A DNA stretch of 64,000 nt, taken from positions 1-64,000 of IMG/VR virus record IMGVR_UViG_3300033149_002227. One strand, given 5' to 3'. The notes under the pieces are model-generated. The model was not told the DNA's origin and did no database searches. It was given only the letters and a program-made list of their open reading frames with translations. The position numbers and the translations under genes were made by a program. This DNA comes from an uncultured virus (IMG/VR IMGVR_UViG_3300033149_002227) (Duplodnaviria; Heunggongvirae; Uroviricota; Caudoviricetes). This document shows, piece after piece, positions 47,267 through 56,153 of the stretch (within the stretch, counting starts at the first letter, position 1; the number at the start of each line of letters is the position of its first letter).

Positions 47267-48257
47267 AAAATTCATAGCCGACAACATTCAGAAATATGGG
47301 CTGGCTGGTAGCAACACACCACACAACGAACCCAAATTTCCGAGGCTTCAGGGAAGCTCCGCTCTCTACTTCTCAAAGAAGAACCACTTCGTATGGGGAT
47401 ATAATGGTGACAGTTATACCAACCGCCGTTCGTCCTCGTGTATGTATTATACCGACTATATAAAACAACCATCCACCGGCTCGATATTATCACTGGATCG
47501 CTCGTTGGTGGATATCGCAGAACAAATGAGAAAGTCCATCGGCGAGTGGAACAATGTTATGATTGTCAATCGGGGGAGGTTTGAAGATTACGCATTCATC
47601 GAGGCGTGCAAAGAAGCAAAAGTCAAATTCAATCAAGTTATCTTGAGGTACGGTCGAAAGTGGGCTACTCCCTTTGATATGGTGGTTCCATTCTCGACTG
47701 TACATATCACACCGGAACGGTTGATAGATACCGCACGTGTCGTAGTACCGTGGTTGCGCACCAAATCTATAGATGTCATTCAAGACATCGCCATCTCGCG
47801 CCTCATGACGGAGGAACGATTAATATATCCAACCCGAATGAGATTCGTAAATCACAACCACGATGGTGAAAAGGTATGTGGTCCCGCATACTGGGCGTTG
47901 TGTGATGCAGAAGAGGATACGGCACTACTACGGTATGATTTCTTTAAGGAGGGGATGACACGCCTTACAACAAATTTAGCCACGTGGTCACCAGAACTAA
48001 TAGAGTCACAACTCGATCATCCCGAAATGAAACGTTGCATGACCAGAACCACAGCAAACGCCGATTTAGCCACGGAAAATATGTGGAAAAGTGTTTCTCC
48101 AGAGCCATACGAATTCACGGACAAACCACGTTGGTGGGAAGGAGTTCAGGAAGAAATCAATGAAATGCACGACGGTGGGAAGTATAATGAAAAATGGCAC
48201 ACACCAGCACACCGACTACTCGGTTACGGGAGTGCTTCATATGGAACTGTCAAATAA
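47247..48257 (+). CDS. hypothetical protein, diverged paralog of 45150
   Basis: KNHFVWGYN vs ENHFAFGYK and WSPEL vs YTPEL; PP-loop not retained. Confidence 0.6.
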   Translation: MTERKAEKFIADNIQKYGLAGSNTPHNEPKFPRLQGSSALYFSKKNHFVWGYNGDSYTNRRSSSCMYYTDYIKQPSTGSILSLDRSLVDIAEQMRKSIGEWNNVMIVNRGRFEDYAFIEACKEAKVKFNQVILRYGRKWATPFDMVVPFSTVHITPERLIDTARVVVPWLRTKSIDVIQDIAISRLMTEERLIYPTRMRFVNHNHDGEKVCGPAYWALCDAEEDTALLRYDFFKEGMTRLTTNLATWSPELIESQLDHPEMKRCMTRTTANADLATENMWKSVSPEPYEFTDKPRWWEGVQEEINEMHDGGKYNEKWHTPAHRLLGYGSASYGTVK

Positions 48258-48262
48258 GTACA

Positions 48263-48291
48263 CTTGAACCACCAACTACGAGGAACTATAT
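48263..48291 (+). promoter_or_regulatory. RpoH-like promoter CTTGAA-N17-CTATAT
   Basis: Matches the CTTGA(A/C)-N15-AAC(C/T)ATNT pattern also seen at 5421 and 13172. Confidence 0.45.
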
Positions 48292-48293
48292 TA

Positions 48294-49094
48294 ATGATTA
48301 TGGATATACTGTCTGCTGAAGAACCAATTTTTGTGTGTGGTGTTCCCAAATCGGGAACAACTATGGTTGGGCAAATATTAGCCAACAACCCCGACCTTCA
48401 AACCGATTCTGACATCGTACCGGCTTTGGATTTCATACGTCATGTTGAAAAGACCTATAAAGATTTCTTCTTCTTTAATGAACAACCCGGAACCATTTTG
48501 GGAGATATGGACAAGTATTGGACAGATAATGATTACAGAGAATGGCACTTACTGAACCTCGAATATTTCAAGAGTATACACTACAGTTACCGGATGGGTG
48601 CGAGACACTGGGGTTCTTCGAGTCCGCTCTGTTATCAGCATACATCACTCTTATGGAAGTGGTTTCCGAAAGCCGTATTCTTAATGGTTATGAGAGACCC
48701 CAGAGATCAATGGAGTAGTTTCAAACACCTGCACATGCGAAAGGGTGCTGATTCGTGGAAAAGTTTCAACTATTGTCACGTCACCCTCCCGTCGAGGGGA
48801 GATAATCATCCACAAATCAAATTTGTAGAATATCATGAAGTGGTACACAACCCGACAATAGTATTTGATACACTCGGATTATCTGTCCCAGAAAACTGTA
48901 CTAAGGGTATGCGTGACATATTTCTCTGCCGTACCCACGGAAATGCCGACATGATTGATGAATTACGTCGCGGCACGGATATGATAACATCCCGAATCGG
49001 GCGATGGAAACGCGACCTGAACGGGGATGAAATTCGAAGATGTACGGAAGCATTCCCAAAAGAATGTGAATATTACGATAATTTAGACTTATGA
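48294..49094 (+). CDS. sulfotransferase
   Basis: 5'-PSB loop FVCGVPKSGTT, 3'-PB RDPRD, IGRWK. Confidence 0.88.
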   Translation: MIMDILSAEEPIFVCGVPKSGTTMVGQILANNPDLQTDSDIVPALDFIRHVEKTYKDFFFFNEQPGTILGDMDKYWTDNDYREWHLLNLEYFKSIHYSYRMGARHWGSSSPLCYQHTSLLWKWFPKAVFLMVMRDPRDQWSSFKHLHMRKGADSWKSFNYCHVTLPSRGDNHPQIKFVEYHEVVHNPTIVFDTLGLSVPENCTKGMRDIFLCRTHGNADMIDELRRGTDMITSRIGRWKRDLNGDEIRRCTEAFPKECEYYDNLDL

Positions 49095-50401
49095 ATTTAT
49101 TGATACCACATGGTAGGACCGCTGACAAATACCTAGTGCAGGCTGCACAGGATATGGATCACTGTGTCCATCTTATGTGCAACCTTCAAGAGCGCAGCCG
49201 ACAGAGAGACGTGGGACGGGAATGTCTACCGGATGTATGGGTACCCCTTCCTTCGAGATATGATTTAAAACTCTCCCTCGAAGATTATCAAAAATGGTAC
49301 CACGAGCAAATCCGCACTTACGTAGCAGACCATGATATCCATGCAATACTTCCGTGCTCGTCAATGGATGTTGTCATGGATGAAGTTGCACAGATCAACG
49401 AGGACTTCACGCTACTCGGTGTCACCCCTGAACAAGCAGCATTCTTTAGGGATAAAACCGTTTATCTCCCTGCTATGATAGCAGCCGGAATTCGGGTACC
49501 TGAAATTTATGAAATAGTGGAGCCTAGTGGTGAGCCAGAAAATTACGATATCCCATATCCCTGCATCGCAAAACCCGGACTCGGATGTGGAGGTTATGGA
49601 ATTTTCATCTCAGAAGCCGAATACAACCTTCGGCGGTTTTTTGGTCATTCCGATAACACGGACGGTTTTTCCGAACGCGCTTTCTTCTACCAAGATAAAG
49701 ACTTTGCCGGACGCCCCAAATCTTACCGTCACTATGGATACGGGGGTCGATACCTTATCCAAAAATATCTTACCGGACCTTGCATCTCCCTATCGGGAAC
49801 GACTGTCAATGGCGTACCTCAACTCGACTTGGTTTACGACATTGGCATCACAGACCCACCCACCTGTGCTGAAATTAACTTCGGGTGGCCGAGTATCCAT
49901 CCTGAAGCCGAAGTCGCCGCTCGACGGCTTGTTGATTCTCTCAGAAAAAATAAACTGGAACCCCCCGATGGGGCGTGGATGGCAGACGCCATCCTCCACG
50001 AAGGAGAACTCTGGCTCGTAGATTTCTCGGTACGGATGTCAAGCTCCGGTACTAAGATGCTTTACCATACTTGTAACGACCTTTCTTACCCAACCAATGT
50101 TATAAATGCGGCTCTGGGCGAAGAATGGCGAATGATAACCCCCAAACCGGTTATCCCTACCTATTATAGCTTCATCCCCTTCCCGAAGGGCAAACTTTTA
50201 AACATCCGATATCCAGACGCTAGCCAGTTGGAAGAAATCGTGCTTTCGGTTGAGGAAGGTGAGCGTGTTTTTGAAATGCGCAATGATGTTCAGGTCGCGG
50301 ACCGTGGTTGGATCGTGGCAACATCACCGAATGGAACACGTGATGACGCAGAGGATATCGTAAAAACCTTCATTAGTAACGTCCAGTACGATGTCAATTA
50401 G
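49091..50401 (+). CDS. ATP-grasp ligase
   Basis: DKT...AAGIRVP, YPCIAKPGLGCGGYGI, LIQKYLTG, D...LVDFSVR. Confidence 0.85.
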   Translation: MNLLIPHGRTADKYLVQAAQDMDHCVHLMCNLQERSRQRDVGRECLPDVWVPLPSRYDLKLSLEDYQKWYHEQIRTYVADHDIHAILPCSSMDVVMDEVAQINEDFTLLGVTPEQAAFFRDKTVYLPAMIAAGIRVPEIYEIVEPSGEPENYDIPYPCIAKPGLGCGGYGIFISEAEYNLRRFFGHSDNTDGFSERAFFYQDKDFAGRPKSYRHYGYGGRYLIQKYLTGPCISLSGTTVNGVPQLDLVYDIGITDPPTCAEINFGWPSIHPEAEVAARRLVDSLRKNKLEPPDGAWMADAILHEGELWLVDFSVRMSSSGTKMLYHTCNDLSYPTNVINAALGEEWRMITPKPVIPTYYSFIPFPKGKLLNIRYPDASQLEEIVLSVEEGERVFEMRNDVQVADRGWIVATSPNGTRDDAEDIVKTFISNVQYDVN

Positions 50402-50452
50402 TAGTAAATATCAACAACCATACCATATAGAGTAAATTTAGAGGAATTAACA

Positions 50453-50761
50453 ATGTTCATGACAGTTTCCAGATTCGCCCGAAAGAACGCGGAGCCGTGC
50501 ACGCAGGCAGACATCGACACCATCATACCGGCTATGCCATCCCGCGTTGCGTATAAAGCGACATTCGATGGATTACAGACGGCGGGTGATGTCATTTATC
50601 GTTCTGGTTCTATTAATGGTGCCAATGAGATTGAGACAGTAACGCTATACCGCACCCAACAGGATTATGATACTTTCAAAATCGCTCCAGAATTGTTGGC
50701 ATTTAAAAACGAACTTCTGATAATTTACAATTTAGTAGCTATTACAGAGGAAGTGATTTAA
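50453..50761 (+). CDS. small late protein
   Basis: 102 aa, GAGG RBS, GTAAATA late promoter at 50405. Confidence 0.75.
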   Translation: MFMTVSRFARKNAEPCTQADIDTIIPAMPSRVAYKATFDGLQTAGDVIYRSGSINGANEIETVTLYRTQQDYDTFKIAPELLAFKNELLIIYNLVAITEEVI

Positions 50762-50780
50762 TCACGATTGTGGAATACTG

Positions 50781-51332
50781 ATGTATCCGTATATTGAATT
50801 TTTTGATTCAGAAGAAATAGGATATACAGAAGATATGCGAGAGAATCTTCTCGCAGTCGCAAAGGGGTTAACCGGCTTCGCACAGTATGAAAGTCTAGAT
50901 GGTACGATTATCCAGCTAGAGCATCGGGCGACCCCCTTCGTCGAGTTCGAAATTACGAAGGCAATGCGCAACCTCATTCAACCACAAGTTCCGGTCACCG
51001 CCGCAACATTCCTCAAACTTAATCCCGGAACCCATGTCCCTATCCATCTTGATAATCATTTATTGCGATCTACCGTATTGAGCTTCCCACTAACGCCAGA
51101 ACCAGAATACTTTGCTCCGACCTTGTTTTATGAGAATGAGAGTAGTACGATACCGATTGAAGTAGGTCACTGGCACGGTCGCCCGGGCGCAATAAACACC
51201 AGAGAATACCATGCCGCTTATAATAATAGATACACGCGGATCAAGTTCCAATTATGTTTTGAAATGATGTTGGATGAATTCATGACACTTTACCACAGCG
51301 GGGAACTTTTCCGTACACAATTAGGCAATTAA
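50781..51332 (+). CDS. 2OG-Fe(II) oxygenase
   Basis: IHLD...YHAAYN...RI. Confidence 0.75.
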   Translation: MYPYIEFFDSEEIGYTEDMRENLLAVAKGLTGFAQYESLDGTIIQLEHRATPFVEFEITKAMRNLIQPQVPVTAATFLKLNPGTHVPIHLDNHLLRSTVLSFPLTPEPEYFAPTLFYENESSTIPIEVGHWHGRPGAINTREYHAAYNNRYTRIKFQLCFEMMLDEFMTLYHSGELFRTQLGN

Positions 51333-51953
51333 ATGGAACACTCGTTTCAACAGCAAGTCATAGATTATGAAGGAGTCCGATTTAACATCAGACCCCTTGA
51401 GTCATCCGATTTCAAAGAATACACACGAGTTGTAGGCACGCAAAAGGGAATCATGGAGCGCAGTCGTGGGTTGGATATTACCGACTTCTTGTCTGAGTTT
51501 CAACAGCGCAGTAGTGGTAGAAACATACTCGTTGGTGCCTTCACTGATGAGGGTATTCTTAGATCGTGCGTGGGTATGTTCTTCTGGGACAAATTACCCG
51601 GAGTAACAGATCACACGATGGTAGTAGATCATTCCTACGCACCCCTTTTCAATCCGAAGAAAAGTGGACAATTACATATCATCAAAAGCCTACATCAGTA
51701 TTGTGAATCCCAAGATCGCTATTATCACTATTGTGTTAAACATGCCGGACACATGAAAGCCGAATTGAAGATGTGGGACAAATACACCGATGAGTTTTTC
51801 AATAGATATGAACGGTATATTGAGTGTATTGTTCCAGCCGGAACACGTCCATCATGGGATAGTTATTGGGGTATCATGGGGAGAATAACTTATCCCTATG
51901 ATATAGCCATACACTCAGTTAGACTTAAGCAAGAATACCGGAACTACGCCTGA
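51333..51953 (+). CDS. hypothetical protein, possible GNAT-like fold
   Basis: IRPLESSD...LVGAF N-terminus; no clear acetyl-CoA motif. Confidence 0.6.
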   Translation: MEHSFQQQVIDYEGVRFNIRPLESSDFKEYTRVVGTQKGIMERSRGLDITDFLSEFQQRSSGRNILVGAFTDEGILRSCVGMFFWDKLPGVTDHTMVVDHSYAPLFNPKKSGQLHIIKSLHQYCESQDRYYHYCVKHAGHMKAELKMWDKYTDEFFNRYERYIECIVPAGTRPSWDSYWGIMGRITYPYDIAIHSVRLKQEYRNYA

Positions 51954-52634
51954 TTAAAGAAAGGTTTTCAGATCGTCGTATAATACTTCGGTAATTAGTA
52001 CAACTCGTGGTTTCGCTGACGCGGTGTTGAGAACCCTATGATTCCATGCGGTATTAAGAAACCACATATCGCCGGAAGCTATATGTATTGATGATTCCTC
52101 TCCCCGCCTTCTGAATTCAAAACTCGAATCGTCCATATCAACTCCTATTTGAACCCTGCATATAACTGATGTGTTCAGATCAATATGCCATGGTATCTCA
52201 GCACCGGGAGGAGTAATAGTGAGCCGTGTTTGGTAAACGGAGCCAAACATACCCTCAAGATATTTTTGGATTTCGCTGGTTCCGTCTCTCCAGTCGGTGT
52301 AGCTAATTTCTCCATCTTGATCGGTGTCTGACGCTTGTTGTTGAAGGAGCAGCAGTTTGTAATTGTCGGGCACCATATTGGCTAACCTACAATTTTCTTT
52401 TCTGGAGATTTTGTACCTGTCCGTATTAAAATCACTAGGAGCGCCACTGGTTGCGATTTCTCGCGCTTGCTCCAGAACCGCTTCAGGAATGCCGTGGTCT
52501 AATTTAACATAGGTTGGTAAATCGTTTCGCCCCGGTCCGTTGATTCCCTTTACGTGGTTCCGGTTCAGTGATTTATTTTCTATTGCTTGCTTGGTGTGTT
52601 TGTCATCAAAGCGAATATCGTGATGGCCTGCCAT
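51954..52634 (-). CDS. 2OG-Fe(II) oxygenase, Asp/Asn beta-hydroxylase-like
   Basis: WHID...FLNTAWNHRVLN...R. Confidence 0.85.
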   Translation of the reverse strand: MAGHHDIRFDDKHTKQAIENKSLNRNHVKGINGPGRNDLPTYVKLDHGIPEAVLEQAREIATSGAPSDFNTDRYKISRKENCRLANMVPDNYKLLLLQQQASDTDQDGEISYTDWRDGTSEIQKYLEGMFGSVYQTRLTITPPGAEIPWHIDLNTSVICRVQIGVDMDDSSFEFRRRGEESSIHIASGDMWFLNTAWNHRVLNTASAKPRVVLITEVLYDDLKTFL

Positions 52635-52647
52635 GAGTTTGTCCTCT

Positions 52648-53421
52648 TTAGTCAGATCGTTGGGTTTTCATTAAACCAAATGTTTCTAGGGTTCGGGCTC
52701 CAATATCAAGTTCCCACCATTTGAAACCGTTTCTATACCGATTTGGGTACTTATGATGGTTGTTGTGCCAACCTTCACCCGGAGCGAGCATGTTCACCCA
52801 CCAGTTATTGGTACTAGAGTCCGCTGGTCTGAGGTCATAAGTTCGGTATCCAAACATATGACTGATAGCGTTGACGTGGCTATATGCATGAAATGCAAAA
52901 ACCGCAGGTAGACAATAACCAAATACCATCAATAATGGATCGATCAAGAATAACAATCCCGCCCATGCGAACAGTATCTTGAAGTAGTGTTGTTGGCAGA
53001 ACCTAACATGCGGGTTCTTCATTAAATCCCGAACCATTCCCTTTGGAATTTCAAATGGGTTCCATAGATGGAAGTACGCTCGCACACCACCAAGGATTTT
53101 TGGCGAGTGTGGGTCTTTCTCGGTATCACAATACGCGTGATGTAAACGATGGGTACCAGCCCACCCCATTGGCGTTCCGCCAGTAGCCAAACACCCACTG
53201 TAGATCATCAGAACCTCAAACCACTTGTATGTGGTGAAACTCTTGTGGGCGAGATAGCGATGAAAACCAACACTGATACCGATTGATCCGATAACACAGT
53301 ACCAGAATGCATATCCAGCAGCCCACATCCACCATGACCCATATATGAATGCGGGAATTAATGCAAGGTGATTCAGTATGTGAAGAATTCGTAGTTTGTT
53401 TGAAAAGTTTAGCTCAGGCAT
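52648..53421 (-). CDS. membrane fatty-acid (delta-9-type) desaturase
   Basis: His boxes HRYLAH, HRLHH, GEGWHNNHH; DPHSP; hydrophobic segments. Confidence 0.93.
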   Translation of the reverse strand: MPELNFSNKLRILHILNHLALIPAFIYGSWWMWAAGYAFWYCVIGSIGISVGFHRYLAHKSFTTYKWFEVLMIYSGCLATGGTPMGWAGTHRLHHAYCDTEKDPHSPKILGGVRAYFHLWNPFEIPKGMVRDLMKNPHVRFCQQHYFKILFAWAGLLFLIDPLLMVFGYCLPAVFAFHAYSHVNAISHMFGYRTYDLRPADSSTNNWWVNMLAPGEGWHNNHHKYPNRYRNGFKWWELDIGARTLETFGLMKTQRSD

Positions 53422-54110
53422 GGCACCATATCCTCGATAGCATTATAGAAGCAGCCCGTAATAATAACGATACGGGGCTCGTCACTCAGCACCTCAACAC
53501 AGTGGTTGTATCCGGTATTTTTAAACCATACTTCCCCGGGCTTCATGACCTGTGTTTCGATTACCCCACAGCGTTCAATTTTGAATTCTTGCACCCCTTG
53601 TATCATGATGCTTGCACGACACGCATAGTTGGTATTGGTATCGATATGCCAACCGACCGTTCCCTTCGGTGGGGCAATTGCGATGCGTGATCGAAAGTGG
53701 GGGTTGACGAATTGATTAATCAACGGCCCGAAACGGGGTTCTTGATAGTTTTGGTATTCCCACTCATCTGGAACTTCGTCTGCGCCCTCGGGGCGATCTC
53801 CGGTGGTCTGAAGTAGAAGTTGCCTGTAGGCAGGGAGACTTTGATGAAAAAAATCTTTTAACATACAGGCTTGTGCGATTTCATAAACGTCTGAATTATT
53901 AACATCGCTATAATCGTCGGGGTGACTCGCGATTCGCGCCATGACTAATTCCTTTAAGGCAAGGAAGGAAGTTTCGTCATATTCCCCAAGTTGTTGGAAG
54001 GTGGGTAACAACTTTCTGTCGGGTCCGTTGTTTCCGTGACACCGTGCTCTCATACGATGTTTATCTTGAAGTGCATATTGGCTCATATTTGTGTTCTCCG
54101 CCATAATCAC
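53409..54110 (-). CDS. 2OG-Fe(II) oxygenase, Asp/Asn beta-hydroxylase-like (paralog of 51954)
   Basis: WHID...NTGYNHCV...R; shares NGP.R..LPT with 51954. True start may be ATG 54104 or 54086. Confidence 0.85.
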   Translation of the reverse strand: MIMAENTNMSQYALQDKHRMRARCHGNNGPDRKLLPTFQQLGEYDETSFLALKELVMARIASHPDDYSDVNNSDVYEIAQACMLKDFFHQSLPAYRQLLLQTTGDRPEGADEVPDEWEYQNYQEPRFGPLINQFVNPHFRSRIAIAPPKGTVGWHIDTNTNYACRASIMIQGVQEFKIERCGVIETQVMKPGEVWFKNTGYNHCVEVLSDEPRIVIITGCFYNAIEDMVPCLS

Positions 54111-54139
54111 AATATATACCGTCGCAGTATAAGTGTCAA
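54111..54139 (-). promoter_or_regulatory. sigma70-type promoter TTGACA-N17-TATATT
   Basis: Heads the oxygenase-desaturase-oxygenase operon. Confidence 0.75.
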
Positions 54140-54155
54140 GGCTTTCAGGTATTAA

Positions 54156-54180
54156 TATTTATCAGTAAATACACTGATAA
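54156..54180. promoter_or_regulatory. back-to-back late promoters (TAAATA at 54156-54161 on -, 54166-54171 on +) within inverted repeat TTATCAGT-N6-ACTGATAA
   Basis: Read directly from the intergenic sequence. Confidence 0.55.
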
Positions 54181-54193
54181 CGAGGAGCTTACC

Positions 54194-55498
54194 ATGACCA
54201 ATATCGACTTACAAGTAGCATTAATGGAATCCGGTCGCATGAATCTCATGCATTTACCGTCGGGAGCCATTTCGTGGTTGTGGGATCGTCCGACAAAACA
54301 AATTGATGCTGCCGAGTCCCTAGCGGTCGCAGCCAATGCACACGGCAACCCCGTGGTGGATGCTTCATTGTTAAAAGCTGACCAGAATGTGTTACTGATA
54401 AAATGCGAAGGAGGTGAGTCTTTTCGAATATACCCTGATGGCGGCTTTTCCCACAATGATTCACCCATGGATATCGGGGGTTGTTCGTCTGTGCTTCAAG
54501 GTATGCAGCAGGATGAGTGCCCAATGGACGACAACGGACACCAAATGCCTATGGATATGCCTATGGATATGCCTATGGATATGCCTATGGATATGCCTAT
54601 GGATATGCCTATGGATATGCCTATGGTGATGGGTGAGTCCGACGAATTTAAGCCATTCGAATTAACAACATACCGGACGGATGGTGATGTATGGATAACC
54701 GGATACAATGATCTGAAGGCTGCTATATCTTTCGGCAAAGGAGAAATGGGTGATGGCGAAACCGTGGGATTTACAGTAACCGCCCCAACCAAAAATGCCT
54801 TTTCAAAACCAGAAATGTACCATCAGGAAGGCGAGGTGGCCGAGGATGCCGGTAATGATGAGCACATGGACGCAGAGGCTCCTGAGAGCGGCGTAGCGAC
54901 GCCCATTGGTATGACCAACCTAGCAGGCGAACCAACCATGGACGAGGCTGACGGGGCTGGTGGTGGCTTCTCAATGGGTTCTGGCTCTGGTGCACCATAC
55001 GTTGGTGACATGGCAATGGATGCTGACCCAGAACTTGAAAATCTGGTAACATCTCGTGGACTTGGTGAAGCCAGTGTTCATATGTTTCGTAACGAGAGTG
55101 ACGAAGCCCTGAGCGCCCTCGCTGAAGCATTAGGTATGGATGAGTATGACCCATCGGACGATATGGTAGATGTTGAGAATATCAATCTGGAAGTTTATGA
55201 CGAATCTACCGATTCATATCAGGAATTTCCTGTCTCCGTTGAGTGGAACGTAGAACCAACTGAATACGAGGGTCAATATCTATTCTACCAAGGTAGTGCG
55301 GACGTGGAAAGTATCAACCTAGTTAACCCAATTCGGGTCAACGGGAAGGTATACCGGCAGATGGATGATGAATTGGCGGCTCTTATTTTACAAACGTATA
55401 ACACGAAAGAGACATCGTTATCGGATTACATTGCTGACCAATATGCTCACAAAATCGACATACCTCAGCACAAGTACCCAGACTCATCACGTAATTAA
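54194..55498 (+). CDS. acidic Met/Asp-rich late protein, possible head-internal protein
   Basis: Late promoter, GAGGAG RBS, (MPMD)n repeat, strongly acidic. Confidence 0.75.
   Translation: MTNIDLQVALMESGRMNLMHLPSGAISWLWDRPTKQIDAAESLAVAANAHGNPVVDASLLKADQNVLLIKCEGGESFRIYPDGGFSHNDSPMDIGGCSSVLQGMQQDECPMDDNGHQMPMDMPMDMPMDMPMDMPMDMPMDMPMVMGESDEFKPFELTTYRTDGDVWITGYNDLKAAISFGKGEMGDGETVGFTVTAPTKNAFSKPEMYHQEGEVAEDAGNDEHMDAEAPESGVATPIGMTNLAGEPTMDEADGAGGGFSMGSGSGAPYVGDMAMDADPELENLVTSRGLGEASVHMFRNESDEALSALAEALGMDEYDPSDDMVDVENINLEVYDESTDSYQEFPVSVEWNVEPTEYEGQYLFYQGSADVESINLVNPIRVNGKVYRQMDDELAALILQTYNTKETSLSDYIADQYAHKIDIPQHKYPDSSRN
54545..54626 (+). repeat. perfect 12-bp tandem repeat ATGCCTATGGAT, 6 full copies plus 10 bp
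   Basis: In-frame, encodes MPMD repeats. Confidence 0.97.
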
Positions 55499-56040
55499 TT
55501 AACCTCGACAGGAAGTCCCTGACTGAGGTCGTAATATTTGCCTGACCAAAAACCAAATTGACCCTTCCGAATGCGACCTTTCCACCAGCGGAACTTAACT
55601 CCGGCTTCTTCAAATATTCCCAGAACTTCATCATGGTCAGCATCCCATACGGCATCGTCATTGCGTGACATCTTGAATGCCATCTGACCCTCCGCGTGAA
55701 CGATGATTTCGGAGATTCCCGATTGAATCACCCCACGAGCGCAGGGCGTACATGGTAACCAATTAATGTAGAGTTTGGCACCAAGGCAACTCGTACCCTT
55801 GCGTCCTGCGTTGTATATCGCATTACGCTCGGCATGCTCGAAGTATTGATATTTCAGCGGGCGCTGTTGTCTTTCAAGAGTATCCTCGATCCCTCGTGGG
55901 TACCCGTTGTAGCCGAAACTGATTGGCGTGTTGTCTTGGTCAGCTATATAACAACCTGAGTGTGTACTTTCGTCGGGGCTGCGATCTGCAACCTCGTAGC
56001 ACATGTTCATGTACATTTGATCCCACGATGGTCTGTCCAT
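55495..56040 (-). CDS. cd: dCMP deaminase
   Basis: RPSWD, GYNG, HAERNAI, PCTPC. Start set at MDRPSW because the promoter lies inside the track's longer ORF. Confidence 0.93.
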   Translation of the reverse strand: MDRPSWDQMYMNMCYEVADRSPDESTHSGCYIADQDNTPISFGYNGYPRGIEDTLERQQRPLKYQYFEHAERNAIYNAGRKGTSCLGAKLYINWLPCTPCARGVIQSGISEIIVHAEGQMAFKMSRNDDAVWDADHDEVLGIFEEAGVKFRWWKGRIRKGQFGFWSGKYYDLSQGLPVEVN

Positions 56041-56068
56041 TTCGAATTCCAAGTTTGGTGTATAAACA

Positions 56069-56130
56069 CATATAGTATCGTTTGTGGCACCGGTCAAGTG
56101 ATTGACAGACCGCCGTGTGGGTGTTATAGT
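56069..56130. promoter_or_regulatory. divergent sigma70 promoters: (-) TTGACC-N17-TATATG 56069-56097 and (+) TTGACA-N17-TATAGT 56102-56130
   Basis: Back-to-back -35 boxes 4 bp apart. The minus one also reads CTTGAC-N17-CTATAT. Confidence 0.8.
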
Positions 56131-56153
56131 TACGGGATGAATGGAGAAACAAA

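Noticed and set aside
54545..54626. Possible CRISPR array
   Set aside because: 12-bp head-to-tail units with no spacers, in frame inside a CDS; no cas genes.
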